Both the position numbers and the translations under genes were made by a program. The notes under the pieces were generated by a model, which was given only the letters and a program-made list of their open reading frames with translations, was not told the DNA's origin and ran no database searches. 64,000 nucleotides of DNA from Styela clava (Eukaryota). Every line of letters begins with the position of its first letter. The first letter of the stretch is position 1. Of this stretch, positions 40,201 through 51,443 are shown one piece after another. The DNA lies in contig NC_135257.1 in assembly GCF_964204865.1 (NCBI RefSeq), positions 19,840,001-19,904,000 of the forward strand, read 5' to 3'.

Positions 40201-43200
40201 CCTGCACAAGGCCAACTGATTAAATATTTTTCTACCTGATCATATATTCCCATCACAGTGTCGGTTCCTCCTTGCAATCCAAGCACTGCTCCTCCATTGT
40301 ATGACCAAGGTGCCAAGGTTGGGCGGGTGAGACCGCCAAGAAGATAATCTGAAATGATTTCAGGGTTAGAATCAGGAATGCTAAAACTGGGAATTTCACT
40401 TTCACTCACTGAGAATGTTGAAAGAGGAGGGTTCTGGAATTTTCAATAGCCAAGTTAGATGATATCAGCTAGTACAGGGCTTCCCAAACTGGGATCCATG
40501 GCTGTGAAAAAAGTCTATTCGATCTTTAATGATTGATTCTAGCGAAAGCCATTACATCATTTTGGTTTAGCGTTGCGGTCGAAGCCATTGCTGTCAAGAC
40601 TTGCCATTGAATCAGATCTAGGAGTTTGCTTGTCACAAAATGTTTGGTAAACCCTGAGCTAGCGGGTTCTACAGAAAAATGCTTTTCTTTACATTTCAAA
40701 AGGTGGGTACCGACTCCCCCCCCCCACCCCTCTCTGGCTATGCCCCTGATGAGCCCTGCTTAGGCCACAGGCATCCAGTTTATATTCCCTGCTAATGCAT
40801 TAGGTCTTATTAGATATGGATGAAAGTCTTTTTACCTGCTGTTCTCATTGTGATATCTTTCCAATCTTTTCCAATATGGAAGTCAAACTGAAATTCTTTA
40901 TCTTCCCAGACTTCAACCTCGCTGAAATCATCTTGCGTGAAGTCAAACACACTAAATAAATCATAGTTGTTATATTTGATCAATAAGTAATAAGATATTA
41001 TTATAAAGGTTGGATACATAGGATAGGGATTCACATATTGATCCCGGGAGAGAGGAAAGTCGATAAGACTGCCTAATCATATGGCAAACCACGGCCTCTT
41101 TTCCGGTTACCAGTCCATGTCGAGTATGGGATTAGTTAGCCAGGTATTTGTTTTCGAAAGCATGGACTTGGGCTCGTTAAGATATATTAAGCACCAGCTT
41201 CATAACGAAATTTTAACAGGACTTTATGATCACACTGTATTATTACAGATTGCTCGCCAAATAGTAGTTTATTCCCTTTGACCAGGGGTTATTAAGGTTT
41301 TAGGACCAGGGGCCAAAACTTTTGCTCATTTAGACAGCGGAAAGTGTAAGTGTGACAATATTTACAGTGTTACAAAAGCAAAAGTGGAAAACAATAAACC
41401 TCGTGCCAAAACTAAATTTAATCGCAGTCTCAACAAATTCCTATTTTTAAGCTAAAACATCAAAAAAATTTTCTAGTTTGCTTGTAGCAGCATCAAGCGG
41501 GCCACAATAAATTACCCAATGGGCCGGATTTGGCCCACGGGTGGTAGTTTGTCCATGCCAGCCCTAACTATCCTCACCTGTACTTTGAAGAAGTCATGAC
41601 AGCTGAATACAGCTTGTCAGTATAGAATAATGGTTCTGGCCAGTATGTGGTGTGGTAATCTCCCCCTGCCCCTCCATCTTGGGAATCCGCCTAGGATAAA
41701 ATGTTCAATTATTATCTTAAGCAGAGGAAAGCTGATATTTTCCTTATTATAGTTCTATTACGAGTTTGGGGACCAGCCAAGTGACTCTCGTAGTATTTGT
41801 ATCTGGAATTATGGCCCAACCCTAACCTGGTACACATATTACGTTCCAGTGTCCATTTTTTCAAAAAATTGAAAATTTCCTTTACTTTCTAGTAAGGGCA
41901 CGTGACCTCGCTTGGGGCAAACTCTTTAATAAAAATAATCACAGCTGGCAAGATGGTTGAAATGTGAATTAAACTTTGCCTTTAGGCCATTTGTTACTTT
42001 TCATTAAAACACTTTTATTAGAAAACCAACACAAAAAAACAATTTTTTTTATAATTTTTTTTGAACAATTTTTTTGTAGTTTCAATATTAACCTTCTCGC
42101 CTGAAAATCCAATATTATTAAAAAAAATAATACTCTGGTTACAGTTTTGGACTTAAATCTCTAACTCACAATGTTGAAATACTTTGATCTATTTAACGCT
42201 TCAACCACTTACTAAGAATGTCATATTCGTTGCTTTGTTTCTCCCCACACCCTGCTCTCTTGTCCAGATAGGGAATGATTTTCCCTTCATATTGAAAAAA
42301 GAAAATTGTTCCCCACCTCCATAAATCTTCTCATTGGCAATTGAAACAAACCTTAACCAGATTCTGAAAGTACACAGTTGTAAATCATGCTGTTAATTAA
42401 GTTTTTATGATTAGGATTTTCATATTTATGCCATGGGAGAAGAAAGGTGAGAAGGTGGTTCAATCCTATGGCAAACCACAATACTCCCGTAGTGTATGTA
42501 CTAGGTTATGGTTAGGGCATAATTTTATTTCGATTTTCCTTATAGTAGTTCTATTACGAGTTCGGGGACTGCCTATGTTAGCCAAGTGAATTTACCCTTT
42601 GCCCATAAGTTTCAGTTCCTTCACACAACTTGATGTAAAATAGGCGAACAAAATTAGGTATCTCCATATTGGTACACATACTTCTGGATTGCCTTTGTAA
42701 TATTATACCTGTCATATCCCGCAGTCCAGTTTCCTATCATCAAACTCAGTCCATCAGCATCTGATGCATTTGTCAGTGTGAGTTTTGCTTCTACCAAACC
42801 TGGTGTGTCTGCATCGGCTGTTGTGTTGAATATAATTATTGCTTTTAAATGACTTATCTGTTATCTTGTGTTATGTGTTTGAAATGGAAATTTATATTTT
42901 TATCCCTCTTTTTGATTGAAAGAGGTTTTACTGTAGGAGGAAATTCCTCTCACACTCACACTCTGCTGTTGAGAGTGAAAGCTGCATAACTCGTTTAAAT
43001 TTCAATCGAATTCAAAATTCTAATCACTTTCCATCTGAACAATTCTTTATGATAAACATTTGACTTACGTGTGCCGCCAATATTCCTAAATGTTACAGAT
43101 TCGCATGTACCAGGTGAAATCAGGCCACTTGTAGAAACTGTGAAATAGGACAGAGCTATTTTTGCTGATGTATAGTCTGTTATCTGAAATAATAAGATAA

Positions 43201-45076
43201 ATGTATACTGTTATCTAGAGTAGATAAAACATGTGTAGTTTATTATCTGACATCGATAATGTATTGCGGTAGTTATCTTTGCTGAAGTGAGTCAGTGATA
43301 TGATATAATAAGATAAGTGTTATCTGACACATATAATGTATTCAAATAATCAGTGGTACAAACCGAAGTTAAAAAATTTCTTAGGGTTTTTCACAACACG
43401 TCAATAAAATGTTTAGTTCCACATAAGAATCACGATTTGAATTTAATTTTCAGTCGTCTTCGTCATTGTTATTCATACTATATATGAATATGTGCAAATT
43501 ACAGTACGTTTTAGTTAGTGTTGAAGTATTACTGATGCCGGCAGATTAGTGGTAAATTCGCTGTTGTTAAGATATGCCCAAATGTTCTAGCTATAAATCC
43601 ACATGTGTCTGTATATTATTAATTTTAAACAACTTCCAACTCAAACCATCTTGTGGTTGGAAAAGTATGTGGTGATAAATGTCTGGGACGAAACGTCCAT
43701 GGGATGGTCAGTCAGTATATTCTTTAAATTAGGGATGGGCAATGTTTTTGGACCAGGGGCCTGAACATTTTGCCTACCTAGACTGGCAGGCCATGTAAGT
43801 GTGACATAAATAGTCAATTTCAACAAATTCTTTGAGTTATTTTCAGCCAAAACATCAAAATTAGGTTTTAGTTTGCTTGTGGCAGCATCAGATGGGCCAT
43901 ATTAAATTACCCAATGGGCCGGATTTGGCCCGCGGGTCGTTGTTCGTCCATGTCAGCCATAAACCAACTAAGATACTTACATTGAAATTTCCTCTGTATT
44001 CGGTGATACCAGTTTTTCCATTTCCAATATGAACTGCAGTGTTGGATGGGGTGTGGCTCAGCAGTAACTCTTGTTTAGGTGTATGCATTGGCGCTAGAAA
44101 AAAATTTTGAGTTTTGAGATCCACTTTGCTGACTTTTAAATGATCCCGCTGTCTCAATCTACATAAAAAAGCTTCCATATAACTAGGCTGACTCTTTATT
44201 TTTACATTTCAAATTTTCGGCGTGTGCGAAGAATGAAGCCAGACCAACTTTATTACTGTATGGCAAGCTATGGTCTCTCGTCTGGTTACCAGTCCAGGTC
44301 GTTTCTGTGAACAGTTAACTAGTTATTTGTCAGATGAATGTACTTGGTGGAGGAACCCACACCAAACCAGCTGTTACATAAGAATAATTTTAGTTTTAAT
44401 GTCTGCTTTGATGACTTTTAATGGTCCTAAATACCCTTAATGTTTTCATACAACAAGGAGGACACTTCATTTATAGATTCTCACATTTATGGGCGAATGA
44501 GAGGAAGGATGCTAGAATGACTCAATCTTACGGCCTCTCGCCTGGTTACCAGACCATGTCAGGTATGAGAATAGGTATCCGGTTATTTGTCAGATGCAAG
44601 GACTGGTGGAGGAAGCCATAAGCGTCAAGGTGTTACGCGAACCACTTTGCAGCGGTGATGAATTCAGCTAACCTCTCACATATAATTATTCCCCACATGA
44701 TTCGAACAATGCATAGTAACCAGAAGTGCTTTGGCAAGCAACCCACCACCTCACCCAGGGTGTATTAGATTGGGTGAGCAATGTCAAACCGAAATAATTC
44801 CTTTTAAAAAAACTGTAGCCCCATATATATCATCAAATATCAGAAGCCGTTTGTGTGGAGCCTTGTTTAGAGCAAAAGACATATATATATATATATACTT
44901 TGTATAAAACAATAACCTTGGTCCACCAAATTCAAGGTCAAGGTCTGAGCAACTTCATCATAGATCAATCGAAATCTTGCGCTCCCACTTTGTGAGTCAA
45001 CAGTACATTCTTCTTCTGCACAAATGATTTGTTTGGTCATAAAAAGGATTATTGTGATGAAACAATGGTACTTCAT
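34218..45076 (-). CDS. yihQ: GH31 sulfoquinovosidase-like alpha-glycosidase (YihQ homologue), 17 exons, 776 aa, with signal peptide and putative GPI anchor
   Basis: Exons on the minus strand, all GT-AG and phase-consistent, total 2331 nt: 45076-44917, 44093-43981, 43183-43069, 42817-42709, 42363-42213, 41690-41578, 40951-40836, 40348-40236, 39556-39325, 38748-38602, 37897-37837, 37378-37285, 36941-36806, 36037-35886, 35486-35255, 34864-34766, 34405-34218. Motifs are colinear with E. coli YihQ: RIWLR..IYGGGEQFS..WTREQGVGRNK, AGGDY, GLQGG, WIQDW, FGTRLFWDW, YINPY, GWMADFGEYLP (nucleophile), WAGDQNVDWS.DDGL (acid/base), MRTHEGNRP, PPVYYR. Confidence 0.92.
36056..36383 (-). mobile_element. tRNA-derived SINE, full length, in intron 13 of the GH31 gene
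   Basis: Reverse complement of the 31038 family (GGGATTCGAACC, TAGGATAGGA tail). Partial copies at ~41020-41170, 44255-44750 and 63745-63777. Confidence 0.8.
43180..43325. promoter_or_regulatory. Dense GATA-site array in intron 2 of the GH31 gene (candidate enhancer)
   Basis: TTATCT at 43180, 43211, 43243, 43273 and 43320; AGATAA at 43195, 43222 and 43311; CGATAA at 43254; TGAGTCA (AP-1) at 43288. Confidence 0.5.
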
Positions 45077-45129
45077 TTTGTCTTCAGAGAAATAGCAATG
45101 CCCAAGAGAGTTTAGTTCTATTAATACTA

Positions 45130-45136
45130 TTTTATA
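45130..45136 (-). promoter_or_regulatory. TATA box of the GH31/SQase-like gene
   Basis: CCTATAAAA on the minus strand, 54 nt upstream of the ATG at 45076. Confidence 0.55.
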
Positions 45137-45752
45137 GGCTTAGAAAGTGACACATATTTTGTTAGGAATGAATCAAATAAAACAGGAAAAATGATTACAA
45201 CACAAGATTGTAATGCTTTCTAAAACGCTTTTGCCTTCTTTATAATGGTTTATCTTGATTTTCCATCTGGTGGTCACTGTTGAATGTTCAATAAACCTTC
45301 AAAATTATATTTACCGGTATTATATCAGCAAAAAAGGAATTGCAGTTTTAAATATGCATTAAGTGTTAATTTGCAAAAGGCGCAAATGAATATCAGTTAA
45401 AAAATGATTAATAAAAAAACTTTGAAATTTATACTACTCTCATAAACAATACATCCCCGAAATACATCCTTAATTAATAAAATTCAAATTATTCCAATTT
45501 CTGCCTAATCTCACACGCACATTATGTTCTGACCCTTTTCACCTCTTTAAATAAAATGTCTGCATCCCGTTTATAAACTGCTGGCTGTTAATCTTTTACA
45601 GTCTTTCCAAACAAACCACGTCATATTGACACATGTTTAGTGCACGCTGTTTCAGTTTTATCTAAAAACATATTTGAGTAGCTGATAACACAGGTCATGC
45701 TAACGGGTCAATGGGAGCTTTATAAATTTTTGTAAAGTAAAGATGCTTACTT

Positions 45753-46075
45753 CAGTGGTGTGCAACCTTTCCTGTGATGTGACCCCCTTTCATAAGCTTT
45801 CAGCACTGATGGCCCTGTTTATCATTCCTGTGGTATTTACCGGTATAGTGTTTTTTGTTAGTAGATTCCGAATCACATTAGGTTCAAACAATTCATGCTC
45901 AACGTAGTGAAAACACCCTGTGAAATGACCTTATCAAGCAATGAAACTAGGGAGAACGAGGAGTTTTCTTGTAGAAAGAAAAGTGAAATCAGTTTTTGTG
46001 CCTTGCATTGTGGCCCCTCCCAACTGATCTGTGGCCCCTTTGGCAAGCCACGGGCCTTCGGTTGGGAACCGCCGG
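45753..46075. mobile_element. hAT-type MITE family copy
   Basis: CAGTGGTGTGCAACC...GGTTGGGAACCGCCG; homologous copies at 51013-51297, ~37954-38110 and ~10340-10480 (minus). Confidence 0.65.
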
Positions 46076-46604
46076 CCTATGTAATATTGGTGGCCTTGTC
46101 TATTGTCTGGTTTTAAGTGGAGAGCCCTGAACAAGGCTCTGCACATTCAGCTAATGATATGTAAAGAGCTCATTCATTATTTGGAAGGACCAGAATATGT
46201 TTCGTTCATTTCCTAGCTGACTTTACTGGCTTTTTTTTTATTAAACCACTGTGAATTGTTTCATGTTGTGTGCGATTCTATCGCTTGGTTTTCAGCAGTG
46301 TTTGGATCAAAATGGGGTCAATCTGATAATAGGCAGTTAGAAAACAAAAAAATGATACTTGTAAATATTTTTACACTTTTGAAATAATGAAATTACTGTT
46401 TTGTGGTTTTTTTATTATTGTGTATACATTAATAAAATACCTGCGTATACATTTTATTGGGACACCTTGTATAAATATGGGTATATCCAAAATAAATATT
46501 TGTGTAATTGATTATATGGGCCATACTAATGGATCCGTGGGAAATTTTCTTTATAATTCAATCATGAAAATTGTTTTTATAATTTAATTTGAGGATACTG
46601 GGAT

Positions 46605-46940
46605 TAGAGGTAGGATCGGGCCCAGAAAATTTCAGCCCAGCCTGACCCAGGTCAGTGAGTATTAAACCAGACCCAGCCCGAGCCGGACTAATTAACTGGA
46701 TTTGCAGGCCCGAGCCCGAAGCAAACTCGAAATTTCATATTTTTCATTTAGGAGTTCTTTGGATTGTCATTGCAAAATTTTAGTACAGTATGCGTATCCA
46801 CACATAGTTTTAGTATACCTACCGGTATATATTTTTATAAACATATATTTAGAGAAGCCCAGCCCGACCCGAACGTAATGATTGACATTTCAAGCCCGAC
46901 CCGGCATGAATTTCGGGTCGAGCTCGGGCTCCAGATCTTA
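46605..46940. mobile_element. MITE with subterminal GCCCGA/TCGGGC arrays (hAT-like)
   Basis: Multiple AGCCCGA motifs; ends TAGAGGTAGGATCGGG and CTCGGGCTCCAGATCTTA. Confidence 0.5.
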
Positions 46941-49190
46941 TCTCTAATTGGGATATCCTTATTAAAACCAAACATCTTATGCTACATGCTATGTGGTAAA
47001 TCCTACTAATTAGAGTTTGCTTATCTAGAGCAGGGCTACTCAATTGGGGGCTCGCGGTTGACTGAACCTTTTGAATAATTGATTTGAACCGCACCTGATT
47101 CTTTATTTTGGATCATTGCCCCCACTTTGGATATGTGAAGATTTCCTTTTATCAAATGCGACTATAAACAATGCGAATAGCGCTATCTTGATTAGTGAAT
47201 ATTCACTAGCCGATCGAGGAAATGCACGTTCAGGGATGTCGAAATATAATTTCTTAATTAAGACCGGACCACATAATTTTGAAAGTTTTGTATCCTTGGT
47301 AAAAATAGTTGAACAGCTCGGGTCTAGATTCTGTTCTGAGTGATGATATGAAAAAACAGTTTATACGATCATGACACTCACCAAAAAAATAATTAGGAAT
47401 TTATTTTTGTGATTAGAACAACACCTTCTCTCCAAACAAGGCCATTTGCAAGCATGACCTAGTTATCCTATTAGAAGAATAGAGTCAATATAAATTGTTT
47501 TCCAGGGCAGTGACCCTGTTGTAAAAGTTGAAGCACCTTTTTCAATTATATTTATGGGCGGTTTTATGATGACCAGTAAATGGTAGCATTTATGGCAAGG
47601 GTTATTGCAATTCTGCAAGTACCCCAACTTAGAATTTAATTACAATATTTGCGAAGATAAATGGTCCCATTTTCTTTTATGATTTGGGGTAGTAATGCTT
47701 CTGCAAATATTAGTAGAAATTAAGTTGTCTAACTTTGAAAAGACTCTAGACATCTCTAAACAAGCCACTCCCATTGACTTCTTTACAATTATATTCATGG
47801 GCGTTATGGGATTTTTGAAAAGTTTTATGATTGCCGCCTTTGCCGGTAACATTTAAGGGTTGCTTCAGGTAATAGGAACTTTGAGATTAATTGGTTCATT
47901 ATTTGTAAAGATAAATGAATTTTACAACACTTGTGTAGAAAAAAGATTTTCACGACAAGACTAACAGTATTAAATTGGAATAGGGATATTTACATGGTCA
48001 CACTGTTATTGGTGTATTTCAATTATATTCACAGTTGTTGCAGGTTTTCCAAATAGTTTTCCGATTGTTGGTAACATTTATGATGAGGTTCGCTGCAAAT
48101 GCTGCAACTTTGAAATTATCATAATTGGTCCGCAAAAAAAGTATTCATTAACACGCAAGAATAACCCAAGGATGGCCTTATGGCCCCACTTTTATTAGCG
48201 CCTTTTCGATAATATTTACGGGCTTTATATAGGGTATTTGGAAAATTTTATTATTCCAAGTTTACATCACCGTTACTTTTATGGACTAGGGTTAGAAATG
48301 CTTTTAAAAAAATTAATTTGAGTTTATATTTCATTTTTTTGACTTTGGTCATGTGAAAAGTTGGAAAAGTTACTTCTTGATGAATGCCAAGGAATATGAA
48401 AGATTTTATTCTGATGAGCTTTGAACTTATCAAATAGATATCAAAAAGTTGTCAAAATTACTTTTAAAATTTTGAAGAAGAAAAAAGTCTTTATAAAAAA
48501 AATTTTAAAGATAAAAAAGCAATAGCCTTCTAGCGGGTCTAACCATCTTTGAGTACTAAAAATATGAAAGTAATTGGTCCTGTATTTGGGGGGAACAGTG
48601 ATTTTCACAAGAAAAATATCAGTATTGAATAAGGATGGATATATGGGTCCTAATTATAATTTAAAAAGTTAATGTGCCGGCATAATGATGGTGGATTATT
48701 AATATGGATGGATAATCACCCCAATAGCTGGTCTTATCTGTATAGGACTATTCGGCTGCCATATAGACCATAGGTTCTCAAAGTGCTTCTTATGGAGTTT
48801 CAGGGCTTCGTTAGAGATACCCAGGAGCTCCGCGAGCTGTTTGTAAACTTATTATAACGATGATTTGGTTAATTTTTGACAGCGATAAATACATCCAAGT
48901 CATTAAATAAAGTAATTTTAATTCACTCAAAACATTAATCAAGAAGTAACAATGTTATTTTTATTTTTTATAAATTCATTATGGGGCACCGTAAATAATA
49001 GTCTACTTCTCCAGCGGCTCCATAACACCAAAAGTTTGAAAACCCCTTGCATAGAGAACCAACGTAGTTTATTAGCTCCTCAATATTTCCTAGAATTTTA
49101 ATAAAACCTAATGATTTTGCCTGAATGAAACAGTTCCCCTCTTCAAAGTTAGAGTGCCAGTGATGTACTTAAAAAAATCACCCTTAGAGG

Positions 49191-49467
49191 CAGTGTTCCC
49201 TCTAAAGTGTGCGCGTGTGCGCGCGCACACAGCTTTCAGTCGGCTGCGCACACGCATAGATTTACTGCGCACAGACGTATTTCGATTTAATGTAGCAATG
49301 TTTTCGGTTGGCAGGTTGAGAAAGTTTGTTGTTGGTCCACCCATTACCCGGTTAAAACGCCAAAATTTTTTCATTGGTTTTTGCACAAATATTAGTCATT
49401 TCCAAAAAAGTGTGCACACACCAAAATATCTGTGCACACATACTACAAAAAATTAGAGGGAACATTG
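49191..49467. mobile_element. hAT MITE, recent insertion
   Basis: TIRs CAGTGTTCCCTCTAA and TTAGAGGGAACATTG; perfect 8-bp TSD CTTAGAGG. Confidence 0.85.
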
Positions 49468-50055
49468 CTTAGAGGGCTAATGGGCTGCCATATAGACTAT
49501 ATCGAATGTAGGTAATCTTTATTGAGACATATGTTGGATCTAGCTTCAGTTGAACTCCCAAGATATAAATAAACATGTTGCCACATTCCATACTATCAAC
49601 GCCCTCATGTTTGTGAGTCTGTAACATGTTTACTTTAGTTCCGAAACATGAAAATCTACCTCTATCTCATAGTACATTGAATATAATGCTCCCAGTCATT
49701 CACCTTCGCTGAAATATAATGTTTTAATGATGATGTAATGTTTACGGCGCTCCAGAACTATGTGTACCAATATGGAGGTAACTAATTTTGTTTGCCTATT
49801 TTACATCAATTTGTGTAAAGGGACGGGAGCTTATGGGCAGGGGGTATATTCACTTGGCTATGTAATGTTTACTTCCCTGTCCATGACAACTATGAGTTGT
49901 TATTTGAGAATTTATTGTGGGTGTCGCCCTTGCTATGGCAACAGCGTATTTTTTCTTTTTTTTTCAGCGAGAAACCTCAATACTATTAACAAGTCTCTTT
50001 TCTCTTCATGGTGTTTCACATTTTAACTCCAAACAAAGTTCTAGAGAATCTAGAT

Positions 50056-50351
50056 CAGGGTGGTCCAACGTGGCCCGCCGTTTCATTATCTGTGGCACGC
50101 GTGACATTCGGAGAGTAAGCAATAAATCGCAGTTTGTGTTGTTTTGTAATAAAATCAATCTAAACTAAAAACTAAAAATTGAATGCGGATTTTATTAGCC
50201 TGGGATGGCTATGTCTGATAACTATGTGTTTGCACAATAAAAGCGTTTGTTTTGTATTGCACTGTTTATCTATTCTTGGCACTATTGTGGCCCGCGAACA
50301 ATGAAAAAATAAATTTGGGGCCCGCGGTGTCGACAACCTTGGATCACCCTG
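50056..50351. mobile_element. hAT MITE
   Basis: TIRs CAGGGTGGTCCAA and TTGGATCACCCTG; TSD ATCTAGAT/ATCTAGGT. Confidence 0.8.
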
Positions 50352-51443
50352 ATCTAGGTAGACGTAATATTTAAGGAGTTGCTATTTTTTGAAGAACATA
50401 CCATAAATTGCTTATCCATGGGTGTTGGACATGGGATTTGAATAGCATAGTTAAGTACCCAGTCACACTAGTCCAGCAGATCCCAACGGAACGTCGTTAA
50501 ATTGCGCGCCCAGAATGTTACCAGAATTGTGTTAAACACACCTAACTAATATATGTTTCAAATTCAATATTTGAAAAGATGTGCCTACATGTTTACAAAC
50601 TTTAAAAAGCATGAAATAAATTACGGTAACGATCACAAAATTGAGTTTTATTTGAAGGCGACAAATTTTTTTTCGTGTAGATGCGCAATGAGTTTTTTCC
50701 GATATAATTTGGAGCCGTATGAACAAAAAGTTTGGGGACCGTTGGACTTCGCCATTGTGCTGATTTCACGCTTAATTGGTAATATGATCTTGTTTAACTG
50801 TGTGGCTAAATATAAAACCTGCTGTTTACATGGTATCGGAGATGAACGAAATCGAATAATTCCTGATTCAAATACATTTTTAATTACCTTAATAATTTTG
50901 AATAGGACCTATTGAATATGTTTGAAATCGGGCAATGTACAACAGTGAAATCATTGTGAGTTCATAGAATTGGAGATAAAAATTGTCTGGCCATCTTATA
51001 CCAAACTCTATAGCAGTGTTTCCCAACCTTTTATGGCTCGTGGCCCTCTTCTGAAGGCTTTTAGCACTCATGGCTCCCCTGTTTGTCATTACAGTCGTAT
51101 TTATAGTGTTATTTGATTGGTAGGTTCTGAATCCCAATTAGGTGCAAACAGTTCATGCTCAACAAAGTAAAAACACCCTGTGAAATAACCTTGTCAAGCA
51201 ATGAAACTGTGATGAACAGGGAGTTTTTTGTTAAGGAAATAGTGGAATCAGTTTTGTGCCCCCTTGCGGGTCACAGGCCTCGGTTGGAAACTGCTGCTTT
51301 GTAGTTTGAAATTTTTGAATGGAAATATTCTTACTAAAATCATATTTTATTAAGTTGAATATATCAAAATTTGAAAGTACTCGAATAATGCATTCACTTT
51401 GGAAATTAACAAAATTTTAATAATGAACCGTTTATTTTTACAG

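Noticed and set aside
40349-40433. Longer exon 8 of the GH31 gene (VSESEIPSFSIPDSNPEIIS)
   Set aside because: The acceptor at 40349-40350 has a CTAAC branch motif and the correct phase, and gives colinearity with YihQ without an insertion. The longer form is not strictly excluded.
34218-45076. Bacterial contamination as the source of the YihQ-like sequence
   Set aside because: It has sixteen canonical spliceosomal introns containing the same host SINE/MITE families found across the window.
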